Shown here: piece by piece, positions 12,954-26,258 of the stretch
Layout of the letters: each line of letters starts with the position of its first letter
How positions within the stretch are numbered: position 1 is the stretch's first letter
Assembly (NCBI GenBank): GCA_014905635.1
Contig: JABVCE010000002.1
Span: 1,736,001 to 1,800,000 of the forward strand
Source: Scenedesmus sp. PABB004
Taxonomy: Eukaryota
Reading direction: 5' to 3'
DNA length: 64,000 nucleotides
Translations under genes and position numbers: made by a program
Notes under the pieces: generated by a model
The model's database searches: none
The model's input: the letters and a program-made list of their open reading frames with translations, nothing else
Told to the model about the DNA's origin: nothing

Positions 12954-15703
12954 TCAGTAGCGCCCGTCGCCGCCGCCCAGCTCTGGCTCGTCGGCCGCGG
13001 CGAGCTCGGCGCCGAAGCGCGCCGCCTCCTCCTGCAGCGCGAGGCCGAGCATCTCGGACGCAAACGCGTCGTCGGGGCGCAGCCCCAGGGCCTTGTGGTA
13101 CGCCTCGACCGCGGCGCCGGCGGCGCCGAGCAGCTGGTGCGTGAACCCCAGGCCCGCGTACGTGCCGGCGCTGCTCGGGTTGAGCCCCAGCGCCGTCTCG
13201 TACAGCGCCAGCGCCTCGCCGTAGCGCCGCTGCTTGCGCCGCGCGTGCGCGAGCGCGACGACCGTCGCCTCCCACGCCGGCGTCGGCCGCCCGCCGGGCA
13301 GCAGCTCCAGCGCGCGCGCGAGCCAGCTCGCCGCCGCGTCGTACTGCCGCCCCCTGACCGGCGCGGGCAGGGCGGGCGAGGCGGGCGGGCGGGTGGGTGC
13401 AGCCGCGGCCCCGCGAGCCCGCAGCGCGCCGCCGCGCCGCCCTCGGCCCCGCAGGCCGCGCGCCGCCGCGCCGCCGCGCCGCGCCGCCCTCGGCCCCGCA
13501 GGCCCGCCGCCGCGCCGCCGCGCCGCCGCCGCGCCTGTAGGCCAGCACGCCGAGCTCATGCGCGACGGCGGGGTCGTGGGGACAGACGGCGTGCGCCTGC
13601 AGGAGGCAGCGCTCGGCGAGGTGCAGGTTGTTCATGGCAGTGTACGCGCAGCCCATGCCCAGCAGCGGCGCGTGCAGGCCCGGGAAGAGCCGCGCCGCGG
13701 TGCGGTACGCCGCGAGCGCCTGGTCGCTCTCGTCCTGCGGCGCGCGCGCGGCGGCGTGGGCGGCGGCGGCGTGCGCGCGGCGGCGTGGGCGGCGGCGGCG
13801 CGCGCGCGGCGGCGTGGGCGGCGGCCGCGAGGCGCGCGGCGCCGAGGCCGTGGCGCGCGCGCAGAGGGCCAGCGGCCAGCGGCGCCGCGCGGGCGCGCCT
13901 GCTCCGCGAACGCGTGCCCGAAGCCGATCCACGCCGCCGCGCTGTGGCGGTCGAGCTGCGTGGCCTTTGCGAAGAACGCGCGCGCCTGGTCGTACTGGCG
14001 CGTGGCCATGTAGTACACGCCCACGCTGTACCACGACAGCGCGGCCTCGGGGTACTCCTCAACCAGCTTGTGCCCTCTGGCGCGGCGCGGCGCGGCACGG
14101 GGCGGCACGGCGTGGGCGCGGGGCGGGGTGGGCGCGGCCGCAGCGCGCGCACGGCGGCGGCGTGCGCGCCCCGCCGGCAGCGCCGCGCCGCGCCGCGCGG
14201 CGCCCACCGCAGGAAGAGCTCGTTCTTTTTGCCCAGGGCTAGCGCGGCCGCGAGGTGCGTCGTGAGCGCCTGGCTCGCGTAGGGGTCGGACGCCAGGATG
14301 CCGCTCGTGAGCGCGTACGCGTCGTCGGCGCGACCGAGGTGCAGCAGCCAGTCCGCGCGCGCCGCCAGCACGTCGGGGTTTGACCCCAGCCCGCAGCCGC
14401 CGCTCGGCGCGCCGGGCAGGCCGGGCGCGCCCTGCTGCTGCTCGCAGTCGTGCCGCTGCTGTGCTTGCGACTCCTGCTGCTGTGCCTGCTGCTGCGCCTG
14501 CTGCGCCTGATGCGCCTGCTGCGCCTGCTGCTCCTGCTCGGCGCCGGTCGGCGTCGTCGGCTCGGCCGCCATCGCCGTGGCGCCGCCGGGCTGCGCCTGC
14601 AGCTCCTCCAGCACCGCGTCCATGCTGTCATGCTGCAGGTACTGTGGGACGCAGCGGCGGCAGGGGCGGGCGGTCGGCGCCGCTCCGCGCTGCGCCGCGC
14701 CGCGCTGGCCGGCCGGGCGGGCCGCGCCGCGCCGCGCACGGACCTTTTTGCACTGCGCGCGGTACAGCAAGCCGAGCCAGCGGTCCTCGGGCCGCAGCGG
14801 CAGGCTGTCCAGCAGCGCCAGCTCCTCCGCGTTGGTCAGCATGTGGTTGTCCACGAGCGCCGCAAACGCCTCCTGGCAGAACGGGTCCGCCCTGCGCGGC
14901 GCGTCCGGGCGCCGGCGGCAGCGGCGGGCGGGCGGGCGGGCGGGCGGTGGGCGAAGCGCGGCCGGCGAGAGAGGCGCTGGCGGCGCGCTGGCGAGGGCGC
15001 GGGCGCCGCGCAGCTCAGCGCGCCGCCGCGCCGCGGCACGCACTGCAGGGCCGCCTTGTAGCTCGCGATCGCGCGCTGCCGATTTTCGAGCGCCTCGTAC
15101 GCCTTGCCTCGCAGCAGGCACACCGCGGCGGCGGCGGCCACGTCGTGCCCCTGGCTGCGCCCCTGCTGCGCGCGGCGGCGGCCCGTCGGCGGCGGCGGCG
15201 CGCGGCCGCACGGGCGCGCGCCGCGTCGGCGCGCGCCGCACCTCGTCGGCGGTGGGCTCGTCGTTGAGCTCGCCGTCGCCGAGCAGGCCGAGCACCTCGT
15301 CCCACTCGCCCACCTCGGCGAGGCACTTGGCCGTGAGGTAGCGGAAGCGCCCGTCCTCCAGCAGCCCGTGCGCCCGCAGCAGCATCACGCCGCGGCGGTG
15401 CTGGCGGCTCACAAAGTAGGTCTGCGCGGTGCACGCGGCGGTCCACGCGGCGGTCCACGCGGCGGTCGCCGCCGGCCGGCGCGCTGCCGCTGCTGTGCGC
15501 TGCCGCGCGGCGCCGCGCGCTGCGGCGCCGATCAGGGCCGCGCCGGCGCGCGGCGGCGGCACCTGGGCCAGCAGGTAGACGTCGCCGGGCGCGTGGTCGG
15601 TGAGGGAGACGAGCTTGTCTGCGAAGAAGACCGCCGTCGCGTACAGGTGCTTCGCCACGCAGTCCTGCACCAGGCACCGCAGCTGCTCGGGCTGCGCCGC
15701 CAT
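12954..15703 (-). CDS. APC6: Anaphase-promoting complex subunit 6 (CDC16), TPR protein
   Basis: LRCLVQDCVAKHLYATAVFFADKL, HKLVEEYPEAALSWYSVGVYY, WIGFGHAFAEQDESDQALAAYRTAARLFPG, YHKALGLRPDD. Confidence 0.95.
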
Positions 15704-16084
15704 GGCTGGCGCGAGGAGCGTCCCGGGCCGCGCTGGGGGCGGCCTCCCTGCGTCGGGGTGCCCGGGCGGGCAGCGCTGTCGGCGCTGTCGGCGCTGCGTG
15801 GCCGGGCGCGCGTGGGTGGCACTGGGGTGGCCTTGGCCAGCGGGCGGCGCGATCAGCGCTGCAAGCTTGCCTAGGGGATTCAAGGGCGTCGCGGTTCAGC
15901 GGGCTGCTGCTGCGGCGGTCCGCGGCCGCGCCCCAGGGGCCCCCGGCCCGCCCGCCGCGCCGCACAGCCACCCCGGCGCGCTGCGAGGCCGCCGCTCGCC
16001 CGCCCGGCCCCCCGGCCGCGCGCCGCCCGCCATCGTGATTGCCCCCTCCCCCCGGCGGCTGGGCGCGCCCGCGCTCCCCGCGCC

Positions 16085-19000
16085 ATGGCGCAACGCTTCA
16101 GGGGCAACTTTGCCCGGCCGGAGAACGCGCTGAAGCGCGCGGACGAGCTCGAGAACGTGGGGCAGAAGCTCTCTGCCCTGCAGCAGCTGCACGATGTGGT
16201 CACCAGCAAGAAGCACCGCACCTGGTCCAAGACGTACGAGGAGATCATGTTCAAGCTGCTCGACCTGTGCGTGGAGATGAAGAAGCGCAACCACGCCAAG
16301 GAGGCGCTCATGCAGTATCGCAACATGTGCCAGCAGGTCAACATCAACAGCCTCGAGGAGGTCATCAAGTACTACCTCAACAAGGCCACCGAGAAGGCCG
16401 AGGAGGCGCGCGCCCAGGCCGAGGTGCGGCGGCCCCAGCGCGGCGCGCCGTCGTCACCAGCGGCGGCAGCAGCGGCGGCGGCGGCGGCAGCGGCGGCGGC
16501 AGCGGCAGCGGCGGCGGCAGCGGCGGCGGCGGCTGCAGCGGCCGCGCGCGCTGGGCGGTTGGTGCAGCCGCCGCCGCTGCCGGCGCTGCAGCCGCTGCTG
16601 CGGCCGCCCCCCAAGCAGCGCACGCCGGCGCCCCGCGCGCGCGCTCACCGCCCCCGCTGCCCGGCCGGCCGCGCGCGCAGTCCAAGACGCTCGACGCGGT
16701 GGAGGACCTGGAGGAGGACGCCAAGCCGGAGGACCTCATGCTCAGCTACGTCTCCGGCGACAAGAGCAAGGTGCGCGGCGGCCGCGCCCCGGCCCGCCCG
16801 CCCGCGGCAGGCGGCGCAGCAGCCGCGCCGCCGCCGCCGGCGCGCGCGCGCACGGCGGCCGACGCGCCCCGCCCGCGCAGGACCGCACCGACCGCGAGCT
16901 CGTGACGCCGTGGTTCCGCTTCCTGTGGGAGAGCTACCGCAGCGTGCTGGAGATCCTGCGCACCAACCCCAAGCTCGAGGCGCTGTACGCGATGACCGCG
17001 GTGCGCGCGTTTGGCTTCTGCCTCACCTACAAGCGCAACGCCGAGTTCCGCCGCCTCTGCGACATCCTGCGCCAGCACCTCGCAAACATGAACAAGTGCG
17101 GCACGCGGCGGCGGCGCGCGGCGGCGCACGGCGCGCGGGGCGCCGGCGGCGCGTGCCGCGGCGGCGTTTGCCGCGGCGGCGCCCGCGCCCGCGCGCGCGC
17201 CGGCGTGCGCTCACGCGCGCCGCGCGCCGGCCCGCGCCGCGCCAACCCAGGTACCGCGAGCAGCGCGACATGACGGCGCCGGAGACGCTCAACTGCTTCC
17301 TGGAGACGCGCTTCGAGCAGCTCAAGACCGCGTGCGAGCTGCAGATGTGGGCCGAGGCCTTCCGCAGCGTGGAGGACATCCAGACGCTCATCACGCTCGG
17401 CAAGCGCCAGCCCAAGCAGCAGATGATGGCCACCTACTACAGGCGCGACACCACCGCCGCCGCCGCGCCTGCGCCGCGCCCGCCAAGCCGCGGCTCGCGT
17501 GCCGTGCGCGCCGCGCATGCGCCGACTCGCCCCCGCCCGCGCGCCCGCCCCGCCTGCCCGCCCGCGCCGCGCGCCGCCGGGTCCGCGTCCGCGCAGCCGC
17601 CTGACGCAGATCTTTGCGGTGAGCCGCGCGTACCTGTACCACGGCTACGCGTGGCTGAAGCTCTTCAACTTCAGCCGCTCCTTCAACAAGAACCTCACGC
17701 CCGCCGACACGAGCATGATGGCCACGAGCGTCGTGCTCGCCACGCTCGCCATCCTGCCCTACGAGCGCGCGCTCTTCGGCCGCACCGACGACATCAGCGC
17801 CGAGCAGGAGCGCGAGCGCACGCTGCGCATGGCCCACATCCTCGGCTTCACCGTGGTGCGCGCGGCCGCGCGCCGCGTGCCCTGCGCGCCGCGCGCCGGC
17901 CGGCGCCCGTCGCCGCCGCGCCCCCGCGCCCCCGGCTGCCGCCGCCGCCAACCCACCCGCCGCCGCCGCGGCGCCGCCGCGGCCTCGCAGGACAAGCGGT
18001 CGGAGGCCAAGTCCATCCTCACGCGCGCCGCGCTCGTGAGCAGCATCGGCAGCATGAGCCTGCTCGCGCTCGTGCCGGCCGAGGTGCGCGCGGCGTGGGA
18101 GCTGCTGACCAACGAGTTCAACCCCCTCGAGCTCTGCAACAAGCTCGCGCCCCTGCTCGACCAGCTCGCGGTGCGTGGCCGCGCCGCCGCGCAGCCGCCG
18201 CGCCGCGCCGCGCCGCACGGCCGCCGCGCTGCCTGCCCGTCGGCCCGGCCGCCTGCCACGCCCACGCGCCCACGCGCCGCCGCCGCCCCGCCTCGCCTCG
18301 CCGCCGCCGCGCCGCCGCCGCGCCGCGCGCGCCACAGGCGATCGAGTCGCCCATGAGCGCCGCGTCTCCCGTGCGCGACCTCGCGATGGCGCAGTACCTG
18401 CCCAGCCTGAAGCAGGTCGCGGTGCTGCGGTCGCTCAAGCAGCTCGGCGAGGTCTACAGCAGCATGCACATCGCCGAGGTCGCCGCGCTCGTGCCGTTCA
18501 TGACCTTTGCCGAGGTCGAGGCGGTCGTGGTGGACGCGGTCAAGTACGACTACCTCCAGGTGCGCCCGCGGCGCTGCTGCGGCGCCCGCTGCGCTGCTCT
18601 TCCCCCTGCCGCGCTGCGCTGCCGCGCTGCTCTGCCGCGCTGCTCTGCTCTGCCCCCGCCGCCAGCGGTGGCGGGCGCTCGGGCAGGCGGGCCAACGTGA
18701 CGCCGACGCAGCCGCGCGCGGCCACGCGCGGCGTGCGGGCTCGCGCGCGCGCCCTGACCGCGGCGGCCGCCCCCGCCGGCGCCGGCGCCGCCCGCAGCTG
18801 CGCGTGGACCACCGCAACGGCACGCTGCACTTTGGCGGGCAGAACCTGGAGAGCGACAAGCTGCGCGGGCACATGGCGCTGCTCGCCAAGCGCCTCGCGA
18901 AGGCGGCGGCGATGGCCGACCCGGCGCCCGCGCCGGCGGCGGAGGCGCAGCGCCTCGCGGTGATGCGCATGGCGCGCGAGCACATGGGCAAGGAGCACAG

Positions 19001-20967
19001 CAGGCTGCTCGCGCGCAAGCAGGTGCGCCTGCGCGTCCGCTGCTGGGCTGGGGCCGGGCTGCTGGGCGGGGGCCCCCGCCGTGTGCAGGCAGCGCCCGCG
19101 CGTGACCACGCCGCACCGCGCGCCGCCGCGCCGCCAGGTCATCGAGAAGCGCAAGGAGCAGGCCGAGGCGCAGGCGATGGAGCAGGAGCGTGAGGAGGAG
19201 CGCAAGCGCCTGCAGGTGCGGCGCTGGGCGCGCCGGCCCTTGCGCGCCCGCCGGCGCCCCGCGCGCGTGCCCCGCCGCGGCGCGCCGAGCTGCGGGCCCG
19301 CCGCCGACGCACCCCCCTCCCTCCCCGCGCGCGCGCAGGCGGCGCGCGAGCAGGAGCTGCTGGAGGAGAAGCGGCGCCGCGAGGAGGCGGCGCGGCGCGA
19401 GAAGGAGCGCCTGGAGCGGGAGCTCGAGGAGCAGGAGATGGAGGAGGCGCGCCAGCTGCTGGAGCAGACGCGCAAGAAGAAGGGCGGCACGGCGGTGAGG
19501 CGGCGACGCGCCGCGCCGCGCCGCGCCGCGCCGCGCCGCGCCGCCCCGCGGGCGGCGCGCAGGCCCGCGCGCCCCGCCCGCCGCACCGCGCCGCCGCCGG
19601 CCGCCCACCCCCACGGCGCCGCCGCCGTCGCGCCGCGCAGGTCAAGGACGGCGAGAAGCTCGACCGCAAGACGCTGATGCAGGACGTGCTGAGCGAGCGG
19701 CTGAAGGAGGCGCAGGAGCTGGAGCGCAAGCTCGCGCGGCTGGCCAAGACGATGGACCACATGGAGCGCGCGCGGCGCGAGGAGGAGGCGCCGCTGCTCG
19801 ACGCCGCGTACGCCGCGCGCGCGCTCGAGGACGAGGCCTACCACAAGGAGGCCCAGGAGGCGGCCGCCGCGGCGCACCGGCTCGCGTGGGAGGTGGACGC
19901 GCAGGAGAAGCGCAGGTGCGGCGCGGCGCGGCGCGCGCGGCAACGCGCGGTGCCCTCGGCGGTCCCCCGCCCCACGCCGACGCCCGCGCCGCCGCCGCCG
20001 CCGCGCGCGCGCGCCAGGCTGGAGCGCATGGGCGAGGACAAGGGCGCCTTTGCTGCGCTCATCGTGTCGCGGCGGCAGGAGGAGTTTGAGGCGCTCAAGC
20101 GCGCGCGCGAGCGCCGCGCCGCCGACCGGCGCGCCAAGCGCAAGATCGCGCGCGAGATCGCGCGGCGCGAGGAGTTTGTGCGGCGCTGCCGCGCGGCTGT
20201 GGACGCCAAGGTGCGCCGGCGGCGCGCCGGGGCGCGGCGGGGCACGCGCGGGCGCGGGCATCGCGCCGCGCGGCGTGCGCCGCCCCGCGGCCGCACCGCT
20301 GAGCCTGTCCCCGCGCCGCCGCCGCGCGCCGCGCGTCAGATCGAGGAGCTCGAGGAGCAGCGCGCGGCGGAGGAGGAGGAGAAGCGCAAGGCGGAGGAGG
20401 AGCGCAAGCGCGCGGAGCGCGAGGACATGCGGCGCCGCGCCGAGGAGGCGGCCGCGAAGCAGCGCGCGCGCGAGGAGGAGATTGAGCGCAAGCTGCGCGA
20501 GGAGAAGGAGGCCATACTGGCCGGGCGCGGCGCGCCGCCGCCCGCGGCGGCCGCCAGCGCCGGCGGCGGCGGCGGCAGCGGGCGCGCCGCGTTTGTGCCG
20601 CCCGCGCTGCGGCGCAAGATGGATGAGGAGGCGGCGGGCCGCGGCGGCGGCGGCGCGCCCGCGGCCGGCGGCGCGGCCGACTGGCGCGGCGAGCGCGGCG
20701 AGCGCGACGCGCGGCCGCCGCCGGCGGAGGACCGCTGGGCGCGCCGCGACGGCCCGCCGCCGGCGCGCGACGGCCCGCCGCCGGCGCGCGACGGCCCGCC
20801 GCCGGCGCGCGACGGCCCGCCCCGGCGCGCGACGGCCCGCCCCGGCGGCGGGCGGCAAGTTTGTGCCGCGCTTCCGCCAGCAGGGCGAGCGGCCGGACGA
20901 GCCGCCGCGCAGCGGCGGCGGCGGCTACCAGCCGCCGCCGCCGAGGGAGGGCGGCAGCCGGTGGTAG
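16085..20967 (+). CDS. EIF3A: Eukaryotic translation initiation factor 3 subunit A (apparent frameshift near 20820-20845)
   Basis: [49 protein letters not shown] and coiled-coil regions, [19 protein letters not shown] at 21246. Confidence 0.96.
20748..20850 (+). repeat. Coding tandem repeat with 21-bp unit GACGGCCCGCCGCCGGCGCGC (DGPPPAR), about 5 copies, in the eIF3a C-terminus
   Basis: Units start at 20748, 20769, 20790, 20811 and 20831; the last two each lack one base. Confidence 0.92.
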
Positions 20968-21506
20968 GCGCGCCGCGGCGCGCCGGCGGCAGATGCAGCA
21001 GCAGGGGGGCCCACGGGCTGGCGGCGGGGCGCGCGGGGCGCGACGGCGGGCGGGCGGCAGGACGGGGGCGGGCAGCGTTACGGGCGCCATGGGGCGTGTG
21101 CGTGGCTGCGTAGCGTAGGGCGTGCGTGCATGCGGGGCGCGGACGGCGGCGGGGCATATGGTCCAGGCGGTGCGTGTTGGGAGCGTGCGCAGCGGCGGCG
21201 GCCCGTGCGCGCGCGGCATGGCCGGCGGCGGCGGCAGCGCCTGCCTGTAAAGTTGCTGCACGTACCCGGCGGGGCGCCGGCTTTGCTCGAGCGCCTCGTC
21301 ACTCGGCAGCGGCGGGTTGAGGCTTGAACCCAGCCTCGCGCCGCGCGCCCGGACCGGCTGCACCGCCCGCTTCCACGGCGCACACTGCACGCCAGACGCT
21401 CCCGCTCACCCGCCGAGCCGCCGGTATCCACGCCCGCCGCGGCCGCAATTGTTCGCCGCTGCCGCAGCGTCGCGAGCGCCGCCGTTCGCCGCCGCGGGCC
21501 AGCCTG

Positions 21507-22994
21507 ATGGGCGCCGCAGCGAGCAAGGAGGGCATGGCGCCGAGCGCGGTGCCGCGCGACGCCGCCGGGGAGCGGGGCGGGGAGCAGCGCGGCAGCGCCG
21601 CGGAGGCTCCATCGTCGAGCTGCCCCGTGCCCGAGAGCGCGCGCCGCAGCACGGCGGTCTACAACGTCTACGCGCAGCGCATAGACGGCGGTGCTGGCGC
21701 GGGCGCGTGCCCCAGCCCGCTGTCGGCGCTGCAGGGCAGCGACCTGCTCGACCCCAAGAACAACATGCCGCTGGAGGCCAACCAGCAGCCCTGCCCGGGT
21801 CAGCGCAAGCCGCTCTCGACGGAGCGCGTGCAGTCCAACATACCCAAGGGCGGCACCGACACGACCTGGCTCTACCCGAGCCCCCAGATGTTCTTCAACG
21901 GTGGGCGCGCGCTGCGGCCGGCGCCGCGCACACGCGGCGGCGGCGGCACAGCCGCGCAGCGCGCGGGCTGCCTCCCCCCTCCCTTGGGCCGACGGCCGCC
22001 GCCGCCGCGGCCGCCGCGCAGCGCTGCGGCGCAAGGGCAAGGGCGACGACGTGTCGGAGGAGCAGATGGACGCGGTCGTGCGCGCGCACAACGGTGCGCC
22101 CCGGCGGACGCGGCCGGGCGGCAGCGGCGGGGCGGCAGCAGCCGGGCGGCAGCGGCGGCTGCTCGCCAGGGCGAAGCAGCCGGCCAGGGACGCGGCCAGC
22201 CGGCCCGGAGCCCCGGACCGCGGCGGCTGCCGCGCCCGGCCGCGCCGCTGACGCCGCCGCGCGCCTGCCCCCTGCCGCGCTTGGGGTGTGCCGCCAGCCA
22301 TGAACGAGCTGACGTGGCGCCACGTGATGGACTGGGAGCAGCTGCACTGCGACGAGTGCAAGCACGCGACGCTGCTCAAGTTCCAGGGCCGCCCGCACGA
22401 CCTCAGGCGCGTAGTGCTGCGCCGACGCCCGCCGCGCCCGCACACGCCGCCGCGCGCAGCCCCGCGGCGCGCCCGGTCGACGCGGCGCCGCGCCGACGCG
22501 CCCCCCCCCCCCCCCCCCCCGCGCCCGCGCCCGCGCCCGCCGCAGCCCGCTCGCGCGGCTGCGCAGCTGGGTGAGCGGCGAGGTGCCGTTTGACCGCCAC
22601 GACTGGGTGCTCGACCGCTGCGGGCGGGAGGTGCGGTACGTGATTGACTTTTACTTCTACGACCACCTCGCCGGCACGCCCCAGGTGACCTGACCGGGGG
22701 CACGCCAGCCAGCCAGCTCCGCCCCCTGGCCCCCCGGTGGGCCGCAGGCGCCGCGCGCTGGCCGCTGAGCTGCTGCGGGCGCCGCCGCGGGCGCGGCCGC
22801 GGGCGCCGCAGGCGTTTGAGGTCGTCGCGCGGCCGGCGCTGGACAGCGCCGAGGCGGCGCTCGACCGCGCCAAGATGGCCATCTACACGCGCTTCGCCGC
22901 CTGGGGCCTGCCCTGCCCCGTCACGGGCCACGCGACGGGGCGCTTCGCCGAGCCCGCGGCACCGCCGGCCGGCGGCGCGGCGGCGGGGCAGTAG
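21507..22994 (+). CDS. HCCS: Holocytochrome c synthase (cytochrome c heme lyase), 4 introns
   Basis: MGAAAS start, CPV motif, [68 protein letters not shown]. Confidence 0.95.
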
Positions 22995-23126
22995 CGAGCG
23001 GCGCGGGCAGCGGACGGCGGCGCGTTACACGCTGGCTGCAACACCCGTCGTCCGGCCACGCACGCCCGGCCGGCAGCGCGCGCGCGCGCGCGCGCGGCGC
23101 CCACACGGCCCACAGCGCGCACAGCG

Positions 23127-25823
23127 TCACGTGCCGTAGCGGTGGCGGTAGAGCGGCGGCAGCAGCTGCCCGAGCACCTCGGCCCAGGGCTTCTCCAGCA
23201 GCAGCGCCTCGCCGGGCCCGATGTGCCCCAGCAGCAGGCAGCAGTGCTGCAGCTTGAGCAGCCGCCCGTTCCGCCCGCGCTCGCTGAACGACTCCGCGCG
23301 CGGCGCCCCGCCGGGCGGGGCCTTGCGCGGCGCCTTGTCGGGGCGCGTGAGTGTGGGCGGCGCCGCCATGTCGAGGTGGCACAGCCCGCCCGGCGAGTGC
23401 ACCAGCATCGCGAGCGGCTCCGCGGGCGTGGGCCGGAAGGCCAGCCCCGTGATGCTGCCCGGCAGCGCCTGCAGCAGCTCCGCGACGCCGGCGTGGTGCT
23501 TGAGCGTCCACGCCGTGGGCAGCCCCGTCTCGGCGCTGTAGCCGCACACCGCGTTGGCCGCCGTCGCGACGGCCACAAAGCGGCTGTTGGGGCTGAACGC
23601 GAGCGCCGTGACGGGGCTGGGCTCGCCCACGAGCTGCAGCCGCGCGCGGCGCGCGAGGCCCGGCGCGCCAGCAGCTCCACGCCGCCCGGCGTCGACAGCG
23701 CGAGCACCTGCCCGCTCGGCGCGACCGCGATGCAGCCCACCGCGGGCATGAATGGCGCCAGGGCGTCGCACCACGGCGCGCCGCCGCCGCCGCCCTGCTC
23801 CGGCGCCGCCGGCGCGGCGGCGTCGCGGCCGCCGCCGCCGCCGCCCGCGGGCGCGGGCAGCTGCGCCGACGCGGTGAGCTCGCCGCTCGTCGCGTCGAGC
23901 GCGACGACGCGCCCCGCGCCCGTGGCGGCAAAGAGGTGCTGCCCGTCCGCGCTGAACGCGACACACACCACGGGCGCGCCCAGGTCGGCGTCCACCTTGA
24001 CCCGCTCCACGCGCAGCGCGCCCGCGTGCTCGCACGGCGCCACGCCCGCCGCCGCGGCGCCGGGGTCGGCCGGTGACAGCCGGAACAGCCGCAGCCGCGA
24101 CCGGTCCGCCGCCGCGACCGCGCCCGCGTCGGGCGCGAGCGCCACGGCCGCGACGTGGTGCGGGCCGGCGAGGCTGATGTCGGCCAGCTGGCTCGGCAGC
24201 GCCGCGAGGTCCCAGCCCTCGCCCTCAAGCGGCGGCGCGCCGCCGTCGCTCGCGAGCGGCTGCGCCGTCGCGGCGCGCCCGAGCTGCCACACGCTCAGGC
24301 GGCGCCCCGCCGCGTGCAGCAGCGCCGCGGGCGCGCCGCCGCGCGGCGGCGCGAGCGCGAGCAGCGGGCGCTGCGGCGTCTTGCTCTGCCGCGTGGGGTG
24401 CTGCTTGAGGAAGCGCTCGCAGTCGTACAGCACCAGCGCGCCGTCGTTGCCGCCGCTGATGAGCAGCCCCCCCTCGGCGCCGCCGGGCCGCGGCAGCACG
24501 GCGAGCGCGCGCACGTCGTGCGTGTGCGGGGCCTTGCGGTCGAGGTAGGCCCACGCAGACGTGCCGGTCGCCTTGTCGGGCACCAGCTGGAACACCGCGA
24601 CCTGTGAGTGTGGGTGGTGCGGGTGGTGGCGTGGGCGGTGTGGGGAGGGGCACGGGCGGGCGGCGGCCGCGCGCCGGACTTTTGCAGCCCCGGCTACATG
24701 GGCGCCGCCGCGCAGCTACCGCGGCCGCGCCGGCAACAGCGGCGCACCCGCGGGTCCACGCCCGACGCCCACACGCGCGTGCCGTCGGGGCTCGCGGCCA
24801 CCGCGAGCACGTCGGCGCCAAACTGCTGCTGCCGGCCGAGCAGCGTGCCGTGGGTGCCGTCCCAGAACTGTACCGCGCCGTCGCCGTCGCCGCTCACGAT
24901 TGTGCCGTCCCCGAGCACCGCGAGCGACCACACGCACGGCGGCGCCGTGCTGCTGGTGCCGACGGTGATGCGCTGCAGCTCCACGCCTGGCGCACGCGGG
25001 CGGGCGGGCGGCGTAAGGGGGCGCGCCGTGCCGCGCCGCGCCGCGCGCTGTCCGTGCCGCCGCACCCCGCGCGACGTCCCAGCAGTGGATGCAGCCGTCG
25101 CTGCCGCCGCTGACGAGCGACGCGCCGCCGGGGTGCCACGCGAGCGACAGCGCGTTGCCCTCGACGCGCGGCAGCGCGCGCTCGTACTCTGCGCCTGCCG
25201 CGTGCGCCGCGACGGCAAAGAGCTTCACGCTCCCGTCGCCGCACGCCGCCGCGAGCCGCGTGACGCCGCCGTCGGGCGCCGCCGGCGCGGCGCGCAGGCA
25301 CCACACCGGCCCGCCGCTCGAGTCGGCCGCCGCGAGCGGCGCGAGGCGGCGCGGGGAGAGCTCCGCGATGCCGCCGTCCAGGCTCGCCGCAAAGAGGCGC
25401 CACGCGGCCTCGCCCGGCGCGCGCGCCCACGCCAGGCTGCTGACCTCCACGCCGTCGGCGCCGGGGATGCGCTGCGCGGGGCGGGGGCGGGCGGGCAGCG
25501 CGGCGGTGAGCGGGGGCTGAGCGGGGTGCGTGCGAGCACGTCGGCCGCCGCCGGCCGCCGGCCGCCGCCGCCATCGCGCCGCGCGGCCGCCGCACCGCGA
25601 GGCAGTCGAAGAGCGCCGCGTCAAACAGCTCCACCTTGCCGTCGTCGTACCCCGCCGCGAAGACGGAGCCGTCGGGGCAGGCCGACACGCAGGTCACCGC
25701 CGCCACGGCCCAGGGCGCGAAGCGGGCGCCGGCGCGCACGCGGTGGAGCACCGTGAGCCCGCCCGCCGCCGCCGGCGGCGGCGGCGGCGCGCCGCCCTCG
25801 CCCTCGACGCGCGGGCGCTTCAT
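23127..25823 (-). CDS. UTP4: WD40 protein, U3 snoRNA-associated protein 4 (UTP4/cirhin)-like (apparent frameshift near 23655)
   Basis: LHRVR...FAPW, CVWSLAVLGDGTIVSGDGDGAVQFWDG, HTHDVRALA, LISGGND, and C-terminal LLLEKPWAEVLGQLLPPLYRHRYGT. TTACA at 23025. Confidence 0.87.
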
Positions 25824-26258
25824 GGCCGCCTCAGGTCTGCCCGCTGATCCGGCCAAGCGCCCGGGCGGCCACCGGCGCGGCGCGAGGCGCGTGCGCGCGG
25901 CAGGGCGGCCGACAGACGGCGCGGCCGGCGCGGCGGGGGGCTGCGCGGGCGGCGCTGGCGCCGGGCGAGCGCGTTGGTTGGCGCGGCTCGGGTCTAGCGC
26001 GGTCGGCCGCCGGCGCCGGGCTGGCAGGCAGCAGAGCGCGCGCTCTGGGAGGGAGACGAAGCGCCATCTGACACTGAGCCCGGTGCGCAGGCACGGCGGG
26101 CGACGCTCGTGCCTACGTGTTGGCCGGGGCGCACTCCCAACTCCGCCCGCCGCGCGCGGCATCCCTGGAGCCCTGCGTCGGCCCCCGGCACGCCGCTGCC
26201 GCGCTGCACGCCGCCGCCGCGACAGCTCCGCGTCCCCTGCCGATCGCCGCCGCCCGGG

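Noticed and set aside
20748..20850. CRISPR-like array
   Set aside because: Head-to-tail coding repeats without spacers, in a eukaryotic gene.
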